A DNA stretch of 64,000 nt, taken from assembly GCA_008690995.1 (NCBI GenBank), contig VRMN01000005.1, positions 372,001-436,000 on the forward strand. The letters are read 5' to 3'. The number at the start of each line of letters is the position of its first letter. The stretch's first letter is position 1. A program made the translations under genes and the position numbers. Shown here piece after piece: positions 53,339 through 62,649 of the stretch. Origin of the DNA: Porphyridium purpureum (taxonomy: Eukaryota). The notes under the pieces are model-generated. The model saw nothing but the letters and a program-made list of their open reading frames with translations, searched no databases and was not told the origin of the DNA.

Positions 53339-53908
53339 ATGGCCGCAGGACAAACCATGTCGGGGACGGGACAAGCGGGGGCGGAGCGCGGGAAGGAATC
53401 TGCGGGCAGGGAAAGTTCCGAGCTGGCCGAGCTGCAGGCAGTGAAGAAGGGTCGCGACGAGTTGGAGCTCCGGCTGCGGCGACAGGAGCAGTACATCTAC
53501 GACTTGGAAACAAACTATCTCGAAACAACGGCTCTCACGGGGAACGTGGTACGCGGGTGGCAGGGCTTTGCAAACAAGAGCAAGCAGGGCGGAGGCGCGG
53601 CTGGCGCAGCGTCCTCCAGTCGAAAGAAGAGTGGCAATAGTGTCAAACGTGCACAGCGTATTTTCTCCCTTTCCTCTGCCACCAGCCCGATAAATGAGAC
53701 GACAGAGCCATCCGACACGGAAGTCGCGTTCGCCGCGGTGGGCGCGGGGCTGAGCGCGGCGATGGCAAGCGCGAGCGGAGCTGCAGGCGCCACAGCCGCC
53801 CCGTCGCATCATGCGGTCGACTCTGATGACGCAGCGCACGTACAACCACCTAAGAAGAAGAAAAAAGTTGCGGTTGGCCCGGCCGCCACGCCACGCAAGG
53901 CGCGGTAG
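53339..53908 (+). CDS. EAF6: NuA4 histone acetyltransferase subunit EAF6
   Basis: EQYIYDLETNYLE...GNVVRGW, RIFSLSS, PPKKKKK NLS. Confidence 0.87.
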   Translation: MAAGQTMSGTGQAGAERGKESAGRESSELAELQAVKKGRDELELRLRRQEQYIYDLETNYLETTALTGNVVRGWQGFANKSKQGGGAAGAASSSRKKSGNSVKRAQRIFSLSSATSPINETTEPSDTEVAFAAVGAGLSAAMASASGAAGATAAPSHHAVDSDDAAHVQPPKKKKKVAVGPAATPRKAR

Positions 53909-54059
53909 GTCGTTGCATTGTTTTGGCGTGCGGCGTCGCGCTTACAACGTAGGAAGAGAGGCACAGAGATGAACATCAAAGACCTGGTGTTCACCTTTCT
54001 ATTCACATTTCTCTAAACTCTGTCCTCTTTCGTACCGCTAACTTGCAGTGCATCTGCAC

Positions 54060-57000
54060 TCAAGTACTGTCACTCGGTTGAAGGAATGAGACTGCGCTCG
54101 CCCTCAAGGGTGACCCATGAAATTCAGGCAGGCGTTCTGAAGAGCGTGTTTTCGGCGTTCGCCTTGGATCCAGCGATGCCAAGACGTCTGTAGCTGACCT
54201 GCTCTTCAAATCCTGGACGCTCGCGGTCGCCCAATCATGTGACCCGGCTCTCGATCCTAGCCATCGCTTGCTCCTGTTGGACACGGATACCGAGGTGGGC
54301 AGAGCTGCCACAGTGCTACTCGATCGCACCATGCTGATTGCGCTTACGTCAATCTTCTGGCGAAACTGGCTCCCGCCACTGGTGGTTTCCGTGAGGTCAC
54401 TCGCGCGCAAAGCAGTGCATACCTGCAGCACCTGTGAGGCATGTGCGTCGGCTCTCAAAGTGATTAGTTCGGCAAGCAGCGCACCGGGCATGAGGCGCAA
54501 CGGGTATCGCGCCAGCATTGCCCAAAGATCCGCCGGATCACATAGGAAGAGCAAGGCAGCTTGTAGAAGGACATCAAAGTTAGCTCGCGCATCAAGATGA
54601 TCAAAACCTAGCCCCACCAAATGCACCACGTCCGATACGACTTGTCGCGCGCTCGCGCAACTGATGCTGCGCTTCTTCATGGATCTCCATGCTTCAAGCA
54701 CGGCGTCGCGCACGGCAACTGCGACAGCCGTCACTACGAAACTGTGATTGACGCCTTGCAACTCAGCCGAAATGATTTCGATCTGATCCGCCAAAAATGC
54801 TGACGCACGCTGAAAATGCTCGCTAGGCCCTGGGAAGCCAGCTCCCTCGCTCCCTGCTCTGGCATCGTCCTGAATTGATCCCAGTCCACTCGCTAGCGCA
54901 GCGATTTCAGAAAGGGTCAAGTAAGGAGCAGAACTTGCGTGCGTTGGATCATCCTCAAGGGCATGTGCGTCCGAGCCCGAGTGCTGCTTCTGAAAAGGCG
55001 GCGAAGACAATCCTGTTGAAATGATTCTTTTCACGCGAGCCGCAATGGCCTGCGCGCAAAGCATGGCAGCTCGTTGTGCAGCAACCTCGTTGGGTTTCAT
55101 GTCTTCGCGCAGCTTATGCAGCACGCGAAGGCAATACTCGGGCAAGAGCAGACCCGTGGTGCTCAAGTGCAGCGCGAAAAACTCGAGCATCAAGCGGTAC
55201 GAGTCAAAAATTTGCGCCAAAGTTCTCGCAAACAGCTTGACTGGACTGCGCCCTTCCGCCCAGACTTCAGAGTTCCGCGCGGATGACGGAGAAGATGGCA
55301 GCATCCCGATGACGGCCTTGAGCATGTTTGAGCATGACGACAGGAATACGTCGGTTACGCAAATACAAAGACGCAACGCGTCCCTCGGTGCAAGGCCAAT
55401 ATCACCTGCACGGAACAACGAGTCCACGACTGCACTGAGTACGCGACGCGTCGCTTCGACGCACTCAATTTTCTCGCGGATCCCTGATGAAATCCCGGTC
55501 GGGTTTGACAAAGGCAGTGCGAAATCTAGGGAAACCCCGGCGCTACCGGCGGCTTGTTGTTCGCGTGCGGGTGCCACCGTAGATGAAGATGCAAGTAGGT
55601 CGCTGTAGTTGCTATACGAGCCAGACGCTCGTCGCGTGTGCTGCTTTTTGAGTACCCCACCGGCTGCCATCGTGGTGACCATCGACATCTTGTACACCAT
55701 TTCTGCTTCTTCGTGCAGCCACCTCGTCTCCAGTTCGGCGCACTCGGTCAGGTCTACGCTCGAGGAACGGAACATCGCGTCCACATTGTCGATTTTCAGA
55801 ATGATCTCCTCGGACCCCGCCAGAGCGGTTAGGTCGTTGCGCGTAGCTTCAAACGTGATGCGTAATTCCGCCACGCGGTTCAAGTATCGTCGAGTCAACT
55901 CGCCGTTCCAGGAAGTCGAACAACTCATTCGACTGATTTCGGAGCGAAATGTGGAAACAACACTAGAGCAGAATCCAACCAGGTGACGCTCCATCAGTGA
56001 TCGAGAAAGCAGTTCCACAATGTCCTCCGGGTTCGCGATGAACACTTGCTTGATGAATGAGAGCTCATTTTCGACGGTGAACACAATGTCACCACACACT
56101 TCGCGAAGCGCATTTGTAATTTGCGCGTCCGACGTGTTCGAGCCGATCATCGAGAGTAACGAGAATGTGCGCGGGGGTTCTTGGAGCATGGGAATACGGC
56201 TGAGATACTTTTCATACAATGCCTGCTCACCTTCAAGGATCATGGAGGCCTGCACACATTCACGCTGTCGCATCATGCGCTCCTCCTCGTCCAGCGACAG
56301 ATCGTCGTACGAGTCCAGAAACCATTCAGGCAGCGCAGATTTCAACTCATGAGCCCACGCATCAACACGAAGCAATGCCTTTTCGAGACCTCTGGATCGC
56401 TCTGAACCGCTCTCGGCGTCGCTACTGCTGTTCGAAACGGAGCCGCCACGCAGCGACACGACAAGCACCGTGCGCAGCTTTTGTACGAGCAAGGCTGCTC
56501 TGCAGAGCGTCAGGTCATGCTCTGACTCGGTTAAGATATTCAGTACGTCAAGCGCAAGCTCGAGCGCGTCCTTATCACGCGCGGTCGCCTCCACGGGCTC
56601 GATCACGCATCGCAGCGCTTCGATGGAGCTAGACGCACGCAGTTCAGCTCGTGAGAGTGAAACTTGTGTTGCTGCCGTCAAAAAAGCCAGCGATGACTTT
56701 TCCCGAGCTGCCTGCACGCACACCTTGTTGAGGTTCTCGCGTGCGACGCGTTCCAAATATTTTGCCTCCTCCAGCAACTTGAAAAGAGGGAGCTCGATGC
56801 TTTCCAAAGACTGCTGGATGGATACGTCATCTAGCATGTCCTCTTGCATGAAAGTCTCCTTGCGCGAGCCCGAGCGGGAAAAGCCTCGGAGTAAAGCGTC
56901 CATTGACTTTTCCATCGAGCGCGGTTCAGAAATGGGCGTGCGAGGATTGCTGTGGCGCGGCGTCGTAGAGCTACCCGTAGACTGCCCACGGCCAAACTGT

Positions 57001-57566
57001 GGCCCGCCCGGGCCCGGAAATACGTGCACCGCCGCGGAAGCCGCTGGGTGGGGACTTTGATGCAAGTTGAGAAACTTGCGCAGAAATTGGAGAGGGTCAA
57101 AATCCGCACCCTCGAAATCCTCAAGATTGAACACCAGTTGCCGACTGGTCTGATGCTGACTCGATGCGCTGTGTGCCTTGACACTTACCCCTGCGCGTCC
57201 TAGAGCCGGCCCGCCTGCATGATTCAAATCGTTCGAAGGACCAGAGGCCTTTGCTTTGCGCGCAGACGCGCCGCCAGCACGTGTAGGCTGCGAGGCCGAG
57301 TCTGACACAAAGCCGGCATCCTCCTCGTCGCGTGCCTGAAACCGCGTGAGCGGCACTCTACTCTGCAGCCTCGCGCTCATTCCGCCGCCCGAGTTCGCAG
57401 CCGACCTACTCCCCGCCGCATACGGGTACGCACCACCGCTAGCCGCCGCCGCGGTCGCCGCGATGCCATATTCCGCAGCACCGCCAGCAGCACCTCTCCT
57501 TCGCTCCCCCTTGCCCACGCGAGACGGCTCGTACGCAAACGCCTCTTCGCTGTACCGCCGCTCCAT
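54060..57566 (-). CDS. Exocyst SEC10/EXOC5-like helical tethering subunit
   Basis: 1168-aa ORF. 'LEDFEGADFDPLQFL', a coiled coil, 'FIKQVF.NP', 'LQGVN..F'. Confidence 0.6.
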   Translation of the reverse strand: MERRYSEEAFAYEPSRVGKGERRRGAAGGAAEYGIAATAAAASGGAYPYAAGSRSAANSGGGMSARLQSRVPLTRFQARDEEDAGFVSDSASQPTRAGGASARKAKASGPSNDLNHAGGPALGRAGVSVKAHSASSQHQTSRQLVFNLEDFEGADFDPLQFLRKFLNLHQSPHPAASAAVHVFPGPGGPQFGRGQSTGSSTTPRHSNPRTPISEPRSMEKSMDALLRGFSRSGSRKETFMQEDMLDDVSIQQSLESIELPLFKLLEEAKYLERVARENLNKVCVQAAREKSSLAFLTAATQVSLSRAELRASSSIEALRCVIEPVEATARDKDALELALDVLNILTESEHDLTLCRAALLVQKLRTVLVVSLRGGSVSNSSSDAESGSERSRGLEKALLRVDAWAHELKSALPEWFLDSYDDLSLDEEERMMRQRECVQASMILEGEQALYEKYLSRIPMLQEPPRTFSLLSMIGSNTSDAQITNALREVCGDIVFTVENELSFIKQVFIANPEDIVELLSRSLMERHLVGFCSSVVSTFRSEISRMSCSTSWNGELTRRYLNRVAELRITFEATRNDLTALAGSEEIILKIDNVDAMFRSSSVDLTECAELETRWLHEEAEMVYKMSMVTTMAAGGVLKKQHTRRASGSYSNYSDLLASSSTVAPAREQQAAGSAGVSLDFALPLSNPTGISSGIREKIECVEATRRVLSAVVDSLFRAGDIGLAPRDALRLCICVTDVFLSSCSNMLKAVIGMLPSSPSSARNSEVWAEGRSPVKLFARTLAQIFDSYRLMLEFFALHLSTTGLLLPEYCLRVLHKLREDMKPNEVAAQRAAMLCAQAIAARVKRIISTGLSSPPFQKQHSGSDAHALEDDPTHASSAPYLTLSEIAALASGLGSIQDDARAGSEGAGFPGPSEHFQRASAFLADQIEIISAELQGVNHSFVVTAVAVAVRDAVLEAWRSMKKRSISCASARQVVSDVVHLVGLGFDHLDARANFDVLLQAALLFLCDPADLWAMLARYPLRLMPGALLAELITLRADAHASQVLQVCTALRASDLTETTSGGSQFRQKIDVSAISMVRSSSTVAALPTSVSVSNRSKRWLGSRAGSHDWATASVQDLKSRSATDVLASLDPRRTPKTRSSERLPEFHGSPLRASAVSFLQPSDST

Positions 57567-58401
57567 CCCACACGCTCAACCCAACCGCCATACAATCACC
57601 ATCCCCATCCCCATCCCCATCAACAAGCCCTCTCTCCCTCCCTCCTTCCCCCTTCCCTCTTCACCACTTCGACTTGCCCCGCCAACCCTGCACCTTTCCC
57701 TCACCACCACTGTACGCACTGTACACGAACCTCCACCGTACTTCGACGCGTTACCCTAATCCCTGACCCTCGCCGAGTACAGTTCACACACGACGTTTCA
57801 TCGCTCCCCCCAATCGAGTTTTCCTTTTTTTTTTGAAACGGTTGAAACGGTCCCTACGCCGTTATGTTTCTAGTATACGAATAATAGACGCTGGTGGTCG
57901 TGTGTGTGGCGGGTTAACTCATAGGGGGGTCTGAAATCGGTGTGAGCCAGTTTGCGTTTTTTTGGTCTAAAGAAGGTTTTTGGAGGGGGTTTGGAGGGTT
58001 TTTTGGGGAAGGGGGTTTGGGGGTGAGTCGGAACGGTGCGTGGGATCTCTAGTGAAAAGGGGTTTGGTTCAGAAGGAAAAGTGGAAATGATAAGAGGGGC
58101 GTGGCGAACGTTTGGGTTGAAACGCGGGAGTGCGGTGAGTGGGATGTTGTGTAACGGGGCAGGGTGCAGACGGTGTGAGGGGTGTGTGCGCACGCAGACG
58201 GACGTGCGATAGATGCACTGGGAGTCCGTCATGCGGCGGATGTGCTCGATGCTGCGCGCCCGTGGGACAGAAAAAGGGAGTGCAGGACGAGCGCTGCGGG
58301 AGTGGCGGACGACGCGAACACAGTGAACGGCTCGCACTGCGACGACACAGGCAGTGCGGGTCGGTGCGTGTGGCCGGCGCTGCGCACTGCGCGCAGCAAG
58401 C

Positions 58402-59880
58402 ATGGATCAGTACTACAAGAAGCGCAAGGTGGCTGCGCCGTCCGGCCAAGCGGCGGGCGCGGCGCTGAGTTCGGAGCGTCGCAAGGAAAAGGGTCACGCG
58501 CCGCAAGACCAGCACAGTGCGGACCAGTCGCAGAAAAGCAAGGACTCGTCGCGCGCTCTACAAGATCCGCAGCGATGGCCCGCTCGGCCGACGCTCGGCT
58601 CGTATCACGCGCCTCCGCCGCGACGTCTGATTCCGCCACGCCCAGCTAGCGCAGTCAGTGTGGGCTCAAAGGCGGGCAAGCGCAAGCGCTTTCGGAGGCG
58701 AGGGCCTGGGATTCTAGGAGCCGAGACTGACCTGCATCGTCGATTGTCTGGGCTGCTCACGAGCGACGGAATGGCCCGAATTGCACTGGTTCCGATCACC
58801 TCGCCGGGCAGTTCTACGGAAAGCAATTCGAGCGCCACCAAAAAAGAACGCGTCGCCGAGCAACAGAGACAAGAGCGCCAACTGAATGCCGAGCGTCGCG
58901 CTCAGAGACTGGAACCAGTGCTCGGATCACCACAGAGCGCGCGCACCGTGGCGGAAGCGATGGGCGATCTGTCTCCCAGCAAGAACGTACGGTTCCAGCG
59001 GCAGCTCGGTTTGGCACCGACTCCTCACTCGCCAGTGTCCACCAAAACGTCAGCAGAAGAAACGAAACGGCATGCTGAGCGAGCAGATGCGTTGCGACGG
59101 TACTTGAGCGACCCCAAAGTCATGCAGCTCTTGCGCGCGCCACCGCGGCTGGGCGCTATGCACCGAGCGGATAATCCGTCCAGCTCCGCCGTGAACAGGA
59201 GTCACATGTCAGACTCGTACACAGACGGAGCGACGAGCCTTCCGGCCGTACTGAGGCGGAGCGTACCGCCCCAAGTCTCGCCGCGAAGAGCTATGCGTAG
59301 GTATGTCAAGCAACACAAGAGACACTTGCCCGAGTCGTCTGGTGGCGTAGGCAGTCACGCGGGACATCAGAATGCCGCGATGGAGTATGTGATTGAGGAC
59401 CGCGCGGATAGGCATACACAAGAAGTCGTGGCACAGAGCTACGGCGGTTTCGAACTCTTGCTCGGGGCTGTGAACGCCGTGCAAAGCGCCGGCGTCAGCG
59501 CGGCACATACGGTGCTGCAGGCCGAGGCCACTGCGCCTGTGTCTGCCGCCATCGCAACTACGCCCGTGGTCCCTCCCGCCACCCCTAGTGCGCCAGACGA
59601 CCGTACTATATCTGTGCGTCCCCCAGCGTTCAGGCGGCTGGAATTTACACGTGAGGCTGAGGACTGGCCAGGCGACGCGCTACCGGAACGGCGACGGGGA
59701 GCAGCTCGCAGCAGACAAAGGACTACCCGATCGGCAGATGCTTCGGCGAATGTGTCTGCCATTCCCGCTCGAAGGAATCGACCGCCAGCACCAGCCTCTG
59801 CCGCATCGCGCCCGCCGCGCGGGGGCGCTGCTGCTGACGCTGACCCGACTCAGCTTTCAGACTCGACGCTGTCAGACTGA
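58402..59880 (+). CDS. Hypothetical, largely disordered basic protein (likely nuclear)
   Basis: About 490 open codons, with KKRK and KRKRFRRR NLS-like motifs. No recognised domain. Confidence 0.6.
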   Translation: MDQYYKKRKVAAPSGQAAGAALSSERRKEKGHAPQDQHSADQSQKSKDSSRALQDPQRWPARPTLGSYHAPPPRRLIPPRPASAVSVGSKAGKRKRFRRRGPGILGAETDLHRRLSGLLTSDGMARIALVPITSPGSSTESNSSATKKERVAEQQRQERQLNAERRAQRLEPVLGSPQSARTVAEAMGDLSPSKNVRFQRQLGLAPTPHSPVSTKTSAEETKRHAERADALRRYLSDPKVMQLLRAPPRLGAMHRADNPSSSAVNRSHMSDSYTDGATSLPAVLRRSVPPQVSPRRAMRRYVKQHKRHLPESSGGVGSHAGHQNAAMEYVIEDRADRHTQEVVAQSYGGFELLLGAVNAVQSAGVSAAHTVLQAEATAPVSAAIATTPVVPPATPSAPDDRTISVRPPAFRRLEFTREAEDWPGDALPERRRGAARSRQRTTRSADASANVSAIPARRNRPPAPASAASRPPRGGAAADADPTQLSDSTLSD

Positions 59881-60012
59881 AGGCCAAGCGGGTGGTCGCC
59901 ACTGGCGCTCACCTGCCAAATCATTATTACTAATTCAGTCTCCTGTATTAAAGAAGCCCGTGTTCCAACAGTCTGGCATCGCGGGAACGCGTTTAAGCGC
60001 CGAGCGCGAGTA

Positions 60013-62118
60013 ATGAACAAGATGTTTGGGCGTAGTGGATCGGCCATGGCGACACGACTTGCGCCGCGCTTTCTCGGCGCGCATCAGAGCATAATCGCTA
60101 CCTTGCGGCTACAAAGGCTCGTCCCTGGTTTGCTGAGAAACGCCAGCTCGACGACGAGCGAGTCGGCGGCGTCGTCCGCATTTGAGCAGGAGGACCGTGC
60201 GGAGGACGCCGACATCTGGCGCGTGCTGGTGATGGAGGAGCTGACGGCCAAGCGCGCAGCGAGATTAAAACAGCAGCAGCTGCAGCAAGCGAACGCGACG
60301 GTTACCGAGCAGCAGCAGCGGATTAGAAACTTTTGCATATTAGCACATGTAGACCACGGCAAAAGTACCCTGGCTGACCGGCTATTGCAAACCACCAAGG
60401 CCGTTAGGGAAGACGTGCTCGCCAGACAGGCACAGTTTTTGGATGACATGGACTTGGAACGCGAGCGAGGAATCACAATCAAGCTACGCTCGGCCCGTAT
60501 GAATTACACCGATCCCCGCACAGGCGAAGCGTTCATTCTCAACCTGATCGACACGCCCGGTCACGTTGATTTTGGGTACGAGGTCTCGCGCTCGTTGGCA
60601 GCGGTGGAAGGAGCGCTGCTCGTGGTGGACGCGTCGCAAGGAATCCAAGCCCAGACGCTGGCCAACGTGGACCTCGCGCTTAAAAACGGACTAGAAATCA
60701 TTCCAGTGCTCAACAAGATTGATTTGCCCGGGGCGCAGCCAGAAAAGGTGCTCCAGCAAATGGTTGATGTCATTGGCATTGATCCGACGCTGGCGGTGTT
60801 TGCGTCGGCGAAGCAGGGCGTCGGCATTGACGAAATCTTGAACCGAATCGTCGACTTTGTACCACCTCCAGGCGGCGCCGAGACCGCTCCCTTGCAGGCG
60901 CTTGTGTTTGACTCGTACTATGACGTATACCGGGGCGTAATTGCGCTGATCCGTGTGGTGAATGGCAAGGTCAGAAAGGGCGATCGCATCAAGATGATGT
61001 CCAACAACAAAGAGTATGTCGTTGATGCGGTGGGCTTGTTCACACCCGCGCAAGTGGAGATTTCTGGTGCCCTGGGAACCGGCGAAGTTGGCTTCTTGTC
61101 CGCAAACGTTAAGAGCGTCGGTGACGCGGCAGTGGGCGACACCATGACTACAGTCAACAATTCGGCGTCGTGTGCACTGCCTGGGTATCGCAAAAACAAA
61201 CCGGTTGTCTTTGCGAGTATGTTTCCGTGCGATTCGTCAGGCGATGGATTTGCCAACCTTCAGGTGGCGCTGTCCAAATTCACTTTGTCTGACTCGAGCC
61301 TGACCTTTGAGCCTATTTTTTCCAGTGCGCTAGGCAATGGATTTCGGTGCGGCTTTAATGGACTTCTGCACATGGACATTGTACAGGAGCGGCTAGACCG
61401 CGAGTTCGGAATGGATGTTCTCTTGTCCGCGCCCAACGTAGTGTACCGAGTGCGCACGCGCTCAGGGGATGAGCATATGATATCGAACCCGAGCGACATA
61501 GACCCGGCCGGCATCGCCGAGATTCAAGAACCCATGGCAAAAGTAGACATCATTGCTCCACAAGCGTACCAGGGAGCACTAGAAGACCTTGTGCGGAATC
61601 GACGAAGCACCATGATCGACTTGCAGTTTCTGGACGGTAACCGGATCCGCATGCTGTATCGGATGCCTTTGAGCGAAATCATCAGCGATTTTCATTCGAA
61701 TGTATTGGCTCGGACGAAGGGCTACGGTAGCATGGACTTTTGCATGGATGGCTATGAAGCGAGTGAGCTCGTGCGCGTTGACATTGCTTTGCAATCAAGC
61801 ATCATTGACGGCTTTGCATTTATTGAGCACGTTGATTTTGCCGCTTCGCGCGGCCGAGCGCTTGCGCAGCGCCTCAAGGACATTATTCCGAGGCACATGT
61901 TCAAAGTGGCCATCCAAGCCAAAATTGGGGCGAAAGTGATTGCTTCAGAGTCCATTGCGCCCTTTCGTAAAGACGTGACCGCAAAGTGCTACGGTGGTGA
62001 CATTACACGCAAGCAAAAGCTGCTGAAAAAGCAGGCCGCTGGCAAAAAGCGCATGAAACTCGTTGGTACCGTGTCGCTCCCTCAGGAAGCCTTCCGCAAG
62101 ATCATTGCCTCTGACTAG
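60013..62118 (+). CDS. GUF1: Translation factor GUF1/LepA (EF-4), organellar
   Basis: IRNFCILAHVDHGKSTLADRL, ERERGITIK, LIDTPGHVDF, NKID, RKDVTAKCYGGDITRK. Confidence 0.95.
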   Translation: MNKMFGRSGSAMATRLAPRFLGAHQSIIATLRLQRLVPGLLRNASSTTSESAASSAFEQEDRAEDADIWRVLVMEELTAKRAARLKQQQLQQANATVTEQQQRIRNFCILAHVDHGKSTLADRLLQTTKAVREDVLARQAQFLDDMDLERERGITIKLRSARMNYTDPRTGEAFILNLIDTPGHVDFGYEVSRSLAAVEGALLVVDASQGIQAQTLANVDLALKNGLEIIPVLNKIDLPGAQPEKVLQQMVDVIGIDPTLAVFASAKQGVGIDEILNRIVDFVPPPGGAETAPLQALVFDSYYDVYRGVIALIRVVNGKVRKGDRIKMMSNNKEYVVDAVGLFTPAQVEISGALGTGEVGFLSANVKSVGDAAVGDTMTTVNNSASCALPGYRKNKPVVFASMFPCDSSGDGFANLQVALSKFTLSDSSLTFEPIFSSALGNGFRCGFNGLLHMDIVQERLDREFGMDVLLSAPNVVYRVRTRSGDEHMISNPSDIDPAGIAEIQEPMAKVDIIAPQAYQGALEDLVRNRRSTMIDLQFLDGNRIRMLYRMPLSEIISDFHSNVLARTKGYGSMDFCMDGYEASELVRVDIALQSSIIDGFAFIEHVDFAASRGRALAQRLKDIIPRHMFKVAIQAKIGAKVIASESIAPFRKDVTAKCYGGDITRKQKLLKKQAAGKKRMKLVGTVSLPQEAFRKIIASD

Positions 62119-62649
62119 TGTACTTTTGCGACGGCTCATGTTGGCTGTCGGAAGCGTCGCAATGTCGTGATTTTCTGGTTCCAAAAGTTCTAGTGCATCG
62201 AAACGGAATTTGTAGACAAAGGCCTAAGCTGGAGGCAGATGAGGGCGCGAACGCAGAAGATTCCGCAATATTTGCGGCCGATTTGTCATGCGCGAGCCAG
62301 CGGAAGACAAGTACGTGAAAAGATACCCCAACGGCCGATGGAAAGCGGGAGAATTTGGGAAGGCGATTCTGACGGAATTGCGTTTCGCAGCGAATGCATT
62401 TTTTGCGGGGTCATGTTTCCCCGAGGAACGAGTGTGAGAATCGTTGACGGAGAACGTGGAGTTGACGGCTATTAAAGCAGATGCGGCACGCGGACATGCG
62501 GAGGGCAACGACAGAAGGAGGGCGAAAGGGTTTAGGTGGGGAGATCAGGGGAGGGGAGGGGACGGGAAGGGAGAGGTGTGAGGATTGGTGCAAAAGGTGC
62601 GTGGAACGGGTTTGGAGCCACAGGAAGTTGGAACAGCCTCCCAGGAGGC

